Positions 1-8,082 of a DNA stretch of 64,000 bases are shown here, one piece after another (the first letter of the stretch is position 1; each line of letters starts with the position of its first letter). The translations under genes and the position numbers were made by a program. Source of the stretch: Candidatus Dojkabacteria bacterium HGW-Dojkabacteria-1 (GTDB lineage Bacteria > Patescibacteriota > Dojkabacteria > SC72); contig PHAO01000001.1 of NCBI GenBank assembly GCA_002840365.1, positions 588,360-652,359 on the forward strand. Direction: 5' to 3'. The notes beneath the pieces are model-generated. The model searched no databases. It saw only the letters and a list, made by a program, of their open reading frames with translations, and was not told the DNA's origin.

Positions 1-351
1 GGACAGACTTGTTCCAGACTCAACAGATGCTTTTACTTGAGTAATTACTTTTCTAAATGCAGGATTTTCTACCTGCTGTTCCATAATCTCTAGAGCTCTT
101 GTAAGTGGAAGACCTGCACTAACCATAGTTGCCATCTGTCTCATAAAGACAACTTTGTCTTTCATTGGTACCCCACCAATATTTATCTGAGACAATTCTT
201 CTAAATCTATTGAAAATTCATCCTTAACAAATACAACAATTAATCCTTTATCATGAAGAATTTCTGTAACAGCATCTCTGTCTCTTGCTTCTATTTTTCC
301 ACTTATTTCTTTTCCAGAACTATCTCTTGCTGAATATCTAAATTTTTTCAT
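1..351 (-). CDS. pilC: Type IV pilus assembly platform protein PilC/GspF, N-terminal part; the 3' end runs off the window start
   Basis: Reverse-strand ATG at 351-349. The translation MKKFRYSARDSSGKEISGKIEARDRDAVTEILHDKGLIVV...FMRQMATMVSAGLPLTRALEIM matches the conserved PilC/GspF N-domain (T2SS_F). It is read in frame to base 1 with no stop. It sits downstream of pilB and pilT in the same orientation. Confidence 0.8.
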   Translation of the reverse strand, partial: MKKFRYSARDSSGKEISGKIEARDRDAVTEILHDKGLIVVFVKDEFSIDLEELSQINIGGVPMKDKVVFMRQMATMVSAGLPLTRALEIMEQQVENPAFRKVITQVKASVESGTSLS

Positions 352-355
352 CTAC

Positions 356-1960
356 TTAACTTTTTAATAATCTTAAAACTTCTTCAGGATATATTGAGTA
401 TTCCTGAGCTTTTTGTACAGAAATTACTCCTTCTCTTACAAGATTTACAAGAGATCTCTCTAGTGAGACCATTCCTACATCAGAACTTGTCCTTATTACG
501 TTATCTATTTGATGTGTCTTTCCTTCTCTGATTAGATTTCTAACGGCAGGATTTGCTATAAGGATTTCTGATACTGCTCTCCTTCCTCCTTGGTCAAGTG
601 GTACAAGCCTTTGTGCTACGACTGCTTCTAAAATGTTTGAAAGCTGTGACCTAATCTGTGGTTGTTGATTTTCTGGGAACACATCAATGATTCTATCTAT
701 TGTTTGCGCAGAGTTGTTTGTATGAAGAGTAGCAAATACAAGATGACCTGTTTCAGCTAGTGTAATAGCTGCAGCGATTGTTTCGTAGTCTCTCATTTCA
801 CCAACAAGTATGACATCAGGGTCTTGTCTTAATGCACTTCTAAGTGCAATGTTCCAAGAGTGAGTATCATCATTCATTTCTCTTTGGTCTATAAGGGCTT
901 TTTTACCTTGGAATACATACTCAATAGGATCTTCTATTGTAACAATATGCGCATATCTAGTTACATTAATATCTTCTAATATTGCGGCAAGTGTTGTACT
1001 TTTTCCGTGTCCAGTTGGACCTGTAATAAGGATTAGTCCTTGCTTCAGTTGTGCAAACCTATGATATATCTGTGGTAATAAAAGTTCTTCAATTGTTTTT
1101 ACTCTGCTTGGAATCAATCTAAATGCTGCTGCAAGATTTTTCATTGAGAAGTATGCATTTACTCTAAACCTTGCAGTATGATCTCCCTGATAGAAATAGG
1201 CTAAATCAATTTCTCTATTTACTTCCAAAAGCTCTTTTTTTTCATCAGAGAGTATAGGGAGTATCAATTCTTCGGCATCTTCTGGGGTAACAATATTATC
1301 ATTTATATTCTTCAATGTTCCATCAATTCTTACCATTGGAGGATATCCAACACTTATATGTACATCAGATGCGTTATTCTCAACTGCATATTTAAGATAT
1401 TCATCAATACCATTATGTTTTGGAACAACAACTTCATTTGTTGATACTACTGGTGCACTATTTGAAGCCATAACATCTTTCCTTACAGTTGGCAAATCTT
1501 TTGGTATTTCAAGAGGTTTTGCCAAATTCTTCTCCTTAGGTGTTCTTTGTAATGCCTTTGGCTTCTTTTCCCCAGGCATAATTTCATCCAATGTAGTTCT
1601 AACAACACCAATACTATTCTCTGTCATAATGTTTGTTGGTGCAGGAGCCGGTTGTTGTGGAAGTTCGAATTTGTGCTCATCAACTGTTGGCGAGGGAGTA
1701 GGTGTTTGTGAAATCTCAACTACTGGTTCTGGAGGAGTAGAAGGTTGAACAGGAGATGGTGCCTCTACGACAGGTGGAGGAGTTGGAACAACACTTGAAG
1801 CCTCACTTGTTTGTATTTGTTGAAGTTGAGATGCCAAATCACTTAACATCTGATCGTCGTTTGGTTGAACAGAAGGCGAAACAGCTGTCTGCTGATTACT
1901 ATTATTCTGTGCAAAATCAGGATATGTTAATCCATCATTTGGGGCAGTATTGTTATCCAT
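356..1960 (-). CDS. pilT: Twitching-motility / type IV pilus retraction ATPase PilT-like, with a ~190-aa Pro/Ser/Thr/Gln-rich N-terminal extension
   Basis: Walker A GPTGHGKSTT, Asp-box IVTIEDPIEY, Walker B ILVGEMRD and His-box ATLHTNNSAQTIDRI are typical of the PilT/PilU family. The ATPase core covers residues ~190-534. The N-terminus is low-complexity (PTPPPVVEAPSPVQPSTPPEP...). Confidence 0.8.
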   Translation of the reverse strand: MDNNTAPNDGLTYPDFAQNNSNQQTAVSPSVQPNDDQMLSDLASQLQQIQTSEASSVVPTPPPVVEAPSPVQPSTPPEPVVEISQTPTPSPTVDEHKFELPQQPAPAPTNIMTENSIGVVRTTLDEIMPGEKKPKALQRTPKEKNLAKPLEIPKDLPTVRKDVMASNSAPVVSTNEVVVPKHNGIDEYLKYAVENNASDVHISVGYPPMVRIDGTLKNINDNIVTPEDAEELILPILSDEKKELLEVNREIDLAYFYQGDHTARFRVNAYFSMKNLAAAFRLIPSRVKTIEELLLPQIYHRFAQLKQGLILITGPTGHGKSTTLAAILEDINVTRYAHIVTIEDPIEYVFQGKKALIDQREMNDDTHSWNIALRSALRQDPDVILVGEMRDYETIAAAITLAETGHLVFATLHTNNSAQTIDRIIDVFPENQQPQIRSQLSNILEAVVAQRLVPLDQGGRRAVSEILIANPAVRNLIREGKTHQIDNVIRTSSDVGMVSLERSLVNLVREGVISVQKAQEYSIYPEEVLRLLKS

Positions 1961-1981
1961 ATTCCATTATATATCCAAAAA

Positions 1982-3847
1982 TTATTCTTTGGAAACCCTA
2001 AGTACTTCTTCAATGCTAGTCATACCTTCAAGTACCTTTAGATATCCATCTTGAATCATAGTAATCATCCCGTTTTCCTTCGCTTCTTTCTCAATATCCT
2101 GTGCTGTTACATTATCCATTACCATTCTACTTATTCTTTCATTTACATCAAGTACTTCAAATATACCTATACGCCCTGAATATCCAGAACCTCCGCATCT
2201 ATCACACCCAGCTCCTTTATAAAGGTATATTATTTGTTCTCCAGTAGGTCCCACTTCTGGAGCCTTTAATACTGCAGAACCATCCTCTGCTTTCTGTTTC
2301 TTTGAATTAACAATTTTTGTAAGATATTGAACTAGGTTGAATCCCTTTATTTCGCCAAGAATTGAGTTTATATTTTCTACTACCTCCGGAACTGCAGGGT
2401 ATGCTTGAATACAGTAAGGACAAACTCTTCTTGGTAAACGTTGAGCAGCTATAGCTCTAATAGTTGAAGCTAAAAGATACGATTCTATACCCATATCTAG
2501 AAGTCTTGGTATAGCCGCTGGTGCACTGTTGGTGTGGAGAGTAGAAAGTACTAAGTGACCAGTAAGGGAAGCTTGGACTGCTAAATCTGCCGTTTCTTCA
2601 TCACGGATTTCTCCAACCATTACTACATCAGGGTCTTGTCTAAGAACAGATCTAAGTCCTGTTGCAAAAGTAAGACCTACATCAGGATTAATCTGTACCT
2701 GTGTGACTCCTGGGATTCTAATTTCAACAGGATTTTCTAATGATATTATATTTACCTTTGGATCATTTACTTTGATAAGGGAGCAAGCTAGTGTTCTTGT
2801 CTTACCACTACCAGTTGGTCCAGTAACCAATACTATTCCGTTAGTAACACTTAGAGCATCAAGAAAGACTTTGTATGCATTACCTCTTAATCCTGTAGAT
2901 TCGAGAGTAATACCAGTAGTGTCAGATTCAAGCAAACGCATAACGACTTTTTCTCCAAATATCGTTGGCATTACAGAAACACGGATGTCCACCTTGTTGT
3001 TACTCATCTTAACTTGGAATCTACCATCTTGTGGTACACGTTTTTCGTCAATTTTAAGGTTGGACATAATCTTGATACGAGAAACAACAGCAGGCCCTAA
3101 AGTTTTTGGCAAAGTAAGACGCTCTGTCATAATACCGTGAATTCTAAATCTAACCCTTAATCTATTCTCCATCGGTTCAACATGAACGTCAGAGCTCTTT
3201 GATGTAACAGCATATTGCATTATTGAATTTACAATCCTTGCAACAGGAGCATTCTTTAAATCACTACTGTTGATAAGGTTAGGATCTTCAGCTGAGATAT
3301 CTTGCACTGGAACGTCAACATCTTCCAAAGCTTCAGTTACCTCAGTACTCATTACATCTCCAATTCTTCTATCTAGTATGAAGTTTATACTCTCTTCTGT
3401 AGTTATATGAACTTGAATTTGAGTGTTAGGGGGGTATCTCCTTTGTAATGCTTGAGTAGCCTGAACATCAAAAGGATCTAGCATAGCTAGTTTTACGGAA
3501 TTTGTTCCTCTCTCAAATGGAACAGCACTGTACTTCTTAAGATTATCAATAGGGACTTCTGCGATAACGCTTTCAGGTACAGATATAGCAGTTAAATCAA
3601 CAAATGGAATTTTAAATATTTCAGACTTTGCCTGTGCAATGGTTACATTATCTGCAAGACCTAACTCTCTAATTAACGTTTCTTCACTTTTGGGGGTACG
3701 TGTTCTTTCAATTTGTACACGAGTTGCATCAGCATCACTGATTACACCTTTCTGTTGTAGATAATGTAGTAAAGTTTCCTTAGACACTTGGGCAGCTATA
3801 GAATTTACAGTTACATACAGTGTATAGAAATGAAAGAAAAAAGACAA
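1982..3847 (-). CDS. pilB: Type IV pilus assembly ATPase PilB / GspE family
   Basis: Has an N-terminal GspII_E-like domain. Walker A GPTGSGKTRTLA and Walker B VVMVGEIRD are present. Tetracysteine zinc motif CPYC...CDRCGGSGYSGRIG is characteristic of GspE/PilB. Length 621 aa. Confidence 0.85.
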   Translation of the reverse strand: MSFFFHFYTLYVTVNSIAAQVSKETLLHYLQQKGVISDADATRVQIERTRTPKSEETLIRELGLADNVTIAQAKSEIFKIPFVDLTAISVPESVIAEVPIDNLKKYSAVPFERGTNSVKLAMLDPFDVQATQALQRRYPPNTQIQVHITTEESINFILDRRIGDVMSTEVTEALEDVDVPVQDISAEDPNLINSSDLKNAPVARIVNSIMQYAVTSKSSDVHVEPMENRLRVRFRIHGIMTERLTLPKTLGPAVVSRIKIMSNLKIDEKRVPQDGRFQVKMSNNKVDIRVSVMPTIFGEKVVMRLLESDTTGITLESTGLRGNAYKVFLDALSVTNGIVLVTGPTGSGKTRTLACSLIKVNDPKVNIISLENPVEIRIPGVTQVQINPDVGLTFATGLRSVLRQDPDVVMVGEIRDEETADLAVQASLTGHLVLSTLHTNSAPAAIPRLLDMGIESYLLASTIRAIAAQRLPRRVCPYCIQAYPAVPEVVENINSILGEIKGFNLVQYLTKIVNSKKQKAEDGSAVLKAPEVGPTGEQIIYLYKGAGCDRCGGSGYSGRIGIFEVLDVNERISRMVMDNVTAQDIEKEAKENGMITMIQDGYLKVLEGMTSIEEVLRVSKE

Positions 3848-3853
3848 GAAGTC

Positions 3854-4915
3854 TTACCTATCTGAATAAAATCTTATTGCCCTATACAAATCCAAAAGCT
3901 GCACAAGGATATATTTCTTTTTCTTTAAAGGTAAATCTGCAGTTCTTTGATATCTTACTAAATATCCTCCAAAACCTCTTTTGAAGTTTGAATATCCATA
4001 TCTTTTACTCCTTTTAGAATACTTTTCATCAGGTAAAACATCCCAAGAGTTAAAATACTTAAATCCTTCCTTCTGCCCTTGTAACATACACTGCCATCTC
4101 AAGTACATTGGACCTCTAATTTTTCTATGCATCCCTGTCTGACAGCTGTACAAACAGGAGACCTCATCACCAAAGAATGAAAGTATTAGCATTGCTACTG
4201 GTTCACCCTCAAATGACACTATTGCTAAACGTATTTCGTCTTTTTCACCTAGATATTTCAATTGTTTTAGGTAATAGTCTGCCCCCTTTATTACAAACTC
4301 TTTCTGTTCTGAGCTTTTGCTTAAGTAGTGAGTAAAAAGCTTCCAATCAGGTAGCTCCTTAGAGAATCTTACCTCAACACCCATTCTTTTTGCTTTTCTA
4401 ATATATGTAGGATAGTTTTTGTTCATACCATGCTCTTGGCACCACTCTAAGAGCTCCTCCTCAGTACTACCTACCAAATCACTCATCCAAGGTGTTTCAG
4501 GTTGCACATAGTTAATACATTTCTTAAATCCCAAATCGAAGGGTACAAGTGATACTCTGTTTTGAACCTCTATAGATGGATCTATCTTTACAAATACATA
4601 TTCTGTTTTTTCAAAATACTTCTTTAACGAAGAAAGAACTTCCTTGTAAAGATGTTGACTCAATTCTTTGAGTATTGGTCCACGAGAGCAATATACATAT
4701 TTGCCAAATGTTTGATTCATTTCATATCCTGCACATACAGCTATTAATTCATTGTTTCTCCAAAATCCCAATCGGTATGTTTTTTTACCTAGACCAATTT
4801 CCTGATACAAACTCCAATTCCAAGATTGCATAAAGTTACAATTTGGAGATGCTTTAACAAATTCATCCCAAAGTATAGGGTCTTGTATTTCAGAAATCTT
4901 AATGTCTTTATCCAT
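3854..4915 (-). CDS. FemAB-family peptidoglycan interpeptide-bridge aminoacyltransferase-like protein
   Basis: 353 aa. Two-lobed GNAT-like organisation and sequence resemble the FemAB/FemX family (PF02388). The call rests on pattern resemblance without a firm motif, and should be confirmed by HMM. Confidence 0.45.
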   Translation of the reverse strand: MDKDIKISEIQDPILWDEFVKASPNCNFMQSWNWSLYQEIGLGKKTYRLGFWRNNELIAVCAGYEMNQTFGKYVYCSRGPILKELSQHLYKEVLSSLKKYFEKTEYVFVKIDPSIEVQNRVSLVPFDLGFKKCINYVQPETPWMSDLVGSTEEELLEWCQEHGMNKNYPTYIRKAKRMGVEVRFSKELPDWKLFTHYLSKSSEQKEFVIKGADYYLKQLKYLGEKDEIRLAIVSFEGEPVAMLILSFFGDEVSCLYSCQTGMHRKIRGPMYLRWQCMLQGQKEGFKYFNSWDVLPDEKYSKRSKRYGYSNFKRGFGGYLVRYQRTADLPLKKKKYILVQLLDLYRAIRFYSDR

Positions 4916-4942
4916 ATCTTTAATTAGTAATCATATATATAT

Positions 4943-5644
4943 ATGTTACAATCTACCACAATGACATATTTAATTGTAGGTAAAACCAGGGAAAGTGTTC
5001 AACCTTTATTAAAGAATCTTCTTGAGAAGCTTTGGAATAGGGAAGTAAGGGACGAAGAAATTTTTTCAGAGAAGAATCCCGATATTCATATACTCGATGG
5101 AAGAGAATCGAATAGTCTTGGGATTGAAGATATAAAAAGGTTACAAAAGGAAATGATGTTTTCTCCATTTAAAGAAAGAGTTCAAATTGCATATATTCTT
5201 GATGCAGAGAAATTGACACCACAAGCCCAAAATTCATTGTTAAAGACCTTGGAAGAAAGCAGTGGTAATACTGCATACATATTAATTACGAAAAATGATA
5301 AATCTTTGTTACCAACTGTTCTTTCACGTTGTTTAAAGCTATACACAAACATTAATCTTCAAGAGGATATTGAAAGTAAATATATTAATATTCTTGAAAT
5401 AGATACGGTTGAAGCATTTGTAAAGATAGAGGAAATAGCGAAGGAGAAGAGCTCTACAGAATCCTTTTTAAGGGAGTTAGAAAGGTACTTTCAAGCGGAA
5501 TTAGAGAGGAAATTAGTTGAGAAAAATAGTATAATAGGGGTATCATCGAATATTAAGCAGGTGATGATTGCCCAAAAGAGAATCAAAGCAAATGGGAATA
5601 AAAGGCTCATTTTAGAGAACCTGCTTTTACATTTGGTAAGGTAG
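4943..5644 (+). CDS. holB: DNA polymerase III delta' subunit (clamp-loader, short form)
   Basis: N-terminal AAA-like fold with IVGK... motif. Sensor-1 motif 'LSRC' (TVLSRCLKL) is typical of delta'/tau. It sits directly upstream of gyrB. Confidence 0.6.
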   Translation: MLQSTTMTYLIVGKTRESVQPLLKNLLEKLWNREVRDEEIFSEKNPDIHILDGRESNSLGIEDIKRLQKEMMFSPFKERVQIAYILDAEKLTPQAQNSLLKTLEESSGNTAYILITKNDKSLLPTVLSRCLKLYTNINLQEDIESKYINILEIDTVEAFVKIEEIAKEKSSTESFLRELERYFQAELERKLVEKNSIIGVSSNIKQVMIAQKRIKANGNKRLILENLLLHLVR

Positions 5645-5739
5645 AAATTACCCCCTTAACATTTCGCCCTATAATATATAGAATAGGACTGCGATTGTTT
5701 TGGATGTATATGAATATTGTAATTTAATAGATAATTAGA

Positions 5740-7659
5740 ATGCCAAAAAAGAGTGATTACCAAGCATCAAATATACAAGTACTACAAGGTCTGGAAGCAG
5801 TAAGAAAAAGACCAGCGATGTACATTGGTTCTACAGATAGAAATGGTTTACACCATATTTTTACAGAGATATTAGATAACTCCGTTGATGAAGCTATTGC
5901 AGGTTACTGTTCAAGAATATGGGTAACTTTACATAATGATGGATCTCTCTCTGTTAGAGATAACGGTAGAGGTATTCCTGTAGAAATTCATGCTCAAACA
6001 AAGGTCTCAACACTAGAAACCGTAATGACAAATCTTCACGCAGGAGGAAAGTTTGAAGAGGGAGCTTACAAAGTTTCCGGTGGTTTACACGGAGTAGGTA
6101 TGAAGTGTACAAATGCTCTTTCTGAGTGGATGGTTACAACTGTGCAAAGAGATGGTGGTATGTATCAGCAGGAGTATAAAAGGGGTATACCTCAATATCC
6201 CGTGAAGAAGATTAGCAAATCAGAGCTCACAGGGACAGAGCATAGATTCTTACCTGATGATGAAATTTTTACAGAGGTTGAGTTTGATTTTAAGGAAATT
6301 GTTAAAAAATGTAGACAACATGCATATTTGACTGCAGGCTTAAGAATTACAGTTAAGGATGAAAGAGTAGAAGAAGGAAAAGAACCAAAACTTTTTGAGT
6401 TGTATTTCGAAGATGGTATTAAATCATATGTTCTCTTTATGAACATAGATGAGAAATTTGTTAATGAGCAACCTTTCTATGTTAAAAAAGAGGTTGATGG
6501 AATTCTTGTAGAATCAGCAATTCAGTATACAAATGCAATGGATGAAAATGTTAAATGTTACACAAACAACATTATCAATCCCGAAGGTGGTACACATCTC
6601 GCAGGTTTTAGAACAGCATTAACAAGTGCGATTAATACCTATGCTCAAAAGGCAGAACTACTTAAAGGTTTAACAACTTCACTTAGTGGAGATGATGTTA
6701 GGGAAGGATTAACAGCAGTTATTTCTGTAAAAGTAGCAAATCCTCAATTTGAAGGACAAACAAAGATTAAGCTAAATAACCCAGAGGTAAAGACTGCAGT
6801 TGCGAAAATTATTAGAGATGAATTACTTGTTTACTTTGAAGAGCATCCTAAAGAAGCGAAAGCTATAATTGATAAGGCCGTTCTTGCTTACAAAGCAAAG
6901 GCTGCTGCAAAAGCTGCAAGAGATGCTGTTATTAGAAAGAGTGCACTTGAGAGTACAACTTTACCTGGTAAACTTGCAGATTGTATTAGTAATAATCCAG
7001 CAGATAGTGAACTTTACATCGTAGAGGGAGACTCTGCAGGTGGAAGTGCAAAACAGGGTAGAGATAGGCATACACAAGCAGTATTACCTTTAAGAGGTAA
7101 GATTATTAATACCCACAAGTATAGGGTTGATAGAGTTTTGGGCAACAATGAATTCAAGGATATAACTACTGCATTGGGAGTAGGAATTGGAGATACATTG
7201 GATGTTTCAAAATTAAGATACCATAAAGTAATAATAATGAGTGACGCAGATGTCGATGGTTTACATATTACTACCCTTGTATTAACTCTTCTTTATAGAT
7301 TCTTTAAACCATTGATTGAAGGTGGGTATATATATGTAGCTCAGCCTCCTTTACATAAAGTAGAAATTGGAAAAAAGAAATATTACTTTTTAAATGATAT
7401 TGAGAAAGACGCTTTTGTTAAAAAAGCAAAGGCTGCAGGAAAAGCGCCTGTTGCTAATAGATTTAAAGGTTTAGGAGAAATGAATCCAGAACAGTTATGG
7501 GAAACAACAATGAGTCCTGAAACAAGAGCCTTAAAACAGGTAAACATAGAAGATGGTGAAGAAGCAGAAAAGGTATTTGAAATGTTAATGGGTGCAGAAG
7601 TACCACCAAGAAGAAGATTTATACAAAAATATGCCCGTAGAGCTAATTTGGATATTTAA
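5740..7659 (+). CDS. gyrB: DNA gyrase subunit B
   Basis: GHKL ATPase motifs HHIFTEILDNSVDEA and GLHGVG. TOPRIM motifs EGDSAGGSAKQGRD and IMSDADVDGLHI. Length 639 aa. Confidence 0.95.
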   Translation: MPKKSDYQASNIQVLQGLEAVRKRPAMYIGSTDRNGLHHIFTEILDNSVDEAIAGYCSRIWVTLHNDGSLSVRDNGRGIPVEIHAQTKVSTLETVMTNLHAGGKFEEGAYKVSGGLHGVGMKCTNALSEWMVTTVQRDGGMYQQEYKRGIPQYPVKKISKSELTGTEHRFLPDDEIFTEVEFDFKEIVKKCRQHAYLTAGLRITVKDERVEEGKEPKLFELYFEDGIKSYVLFMNIDEKFVNEQPFYVKKEVDGILVESAIQYTNAMDENVKCYTNNIINPEGGTHLAGFRTALTSAINTYAQKAELLKGLTTSLSGDDVREGLTAVISVKVANPQFEGQTKIKLNNPEVKTAVAKIIRDELLVYFEEHPKEAKAIIDKAVLAYKAKAAAKAARDAVIRKSALESTTLPGKLADCISNNPADSELYIVEGDSAGGSAKQGRDRHTQAVLPLRGKIINTHKYRVDRVLGNNEFKDITTALGVGIGDTLDVSKLRYHKVIIMSDADVDGLHITTLVLTLLYRFFKPLIEGGYIYVAQPPLHKVEIGKKKYYFLNDIEKDAFVKKAKAAGKAPVANRFKGLGEMNPEQLWETTMSPETRALKQVNIEDGEEAEKVFEMLMGAEVPPRRRFIQKYARRANLDI

Positions 7660-7677
7660 TTTATTATTATTTTAAAG

Positions 7678-8064
7678 ATGTTTAACGAATTACCACAGTC
7701 AGTAGATAGGGAAGAGTTAAAAAAGCTTTTTGAAAAAAAGGTCTTTGAAAGAAAAATAGAGAAAACTGGACAAATTCTAGAAGTTTTAAAGGGTGATTCA
7801 AATCAGATTCCGTACAATCTTCTTTTTGATTATTTTAAAAAATCCAATGCTGGAATCCATCTTGAGGATTTAGAACAGTATCTTGAAGCACATGTCTTTG
7901 ATTCTGATGGTCAATTTGTAACAACAATCGGAATAGGGGTAGATCCAAATGATTCTACAACAGAAACGGTATCCCAAGAGACATATGAATATCTTAAAAA
8001 TCAATGTTTAGATATTGATTTAATTGAAGCAGATGTAAAGAATTCACTATCAGATGCAAGATAA
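7678..8064 (+). CDS. Hypothetical acidic 128-aa protein inserted between gyrB and gyrA
   Basis: Intact ORF filling the gyrB-gyrA gap. No recognisable motif. Confidence 0.4.
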   Translation: MFNELPQSVDREELKKLFEKKVFERKIEKTGQILEVLKGDSNQIPYNLLFDYFKKSNAGIHLEDLEQYLEAHVFDSDGQFVTTIGIGVDPNDSTTETVSQETYEYLKNQCLDIDLIEADVKNSLSDAR

Positions 8065-8082
8065 AATAATAAATAGATAGAG

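Noticed and set aside
1756-3140. Plus-strand ORFs 1756-2001 and 2703-3140
   Set aside because: They lie antisense within the pilT and pilB coding regions, which carry clear ATPase motifs. They have no supporting signals.
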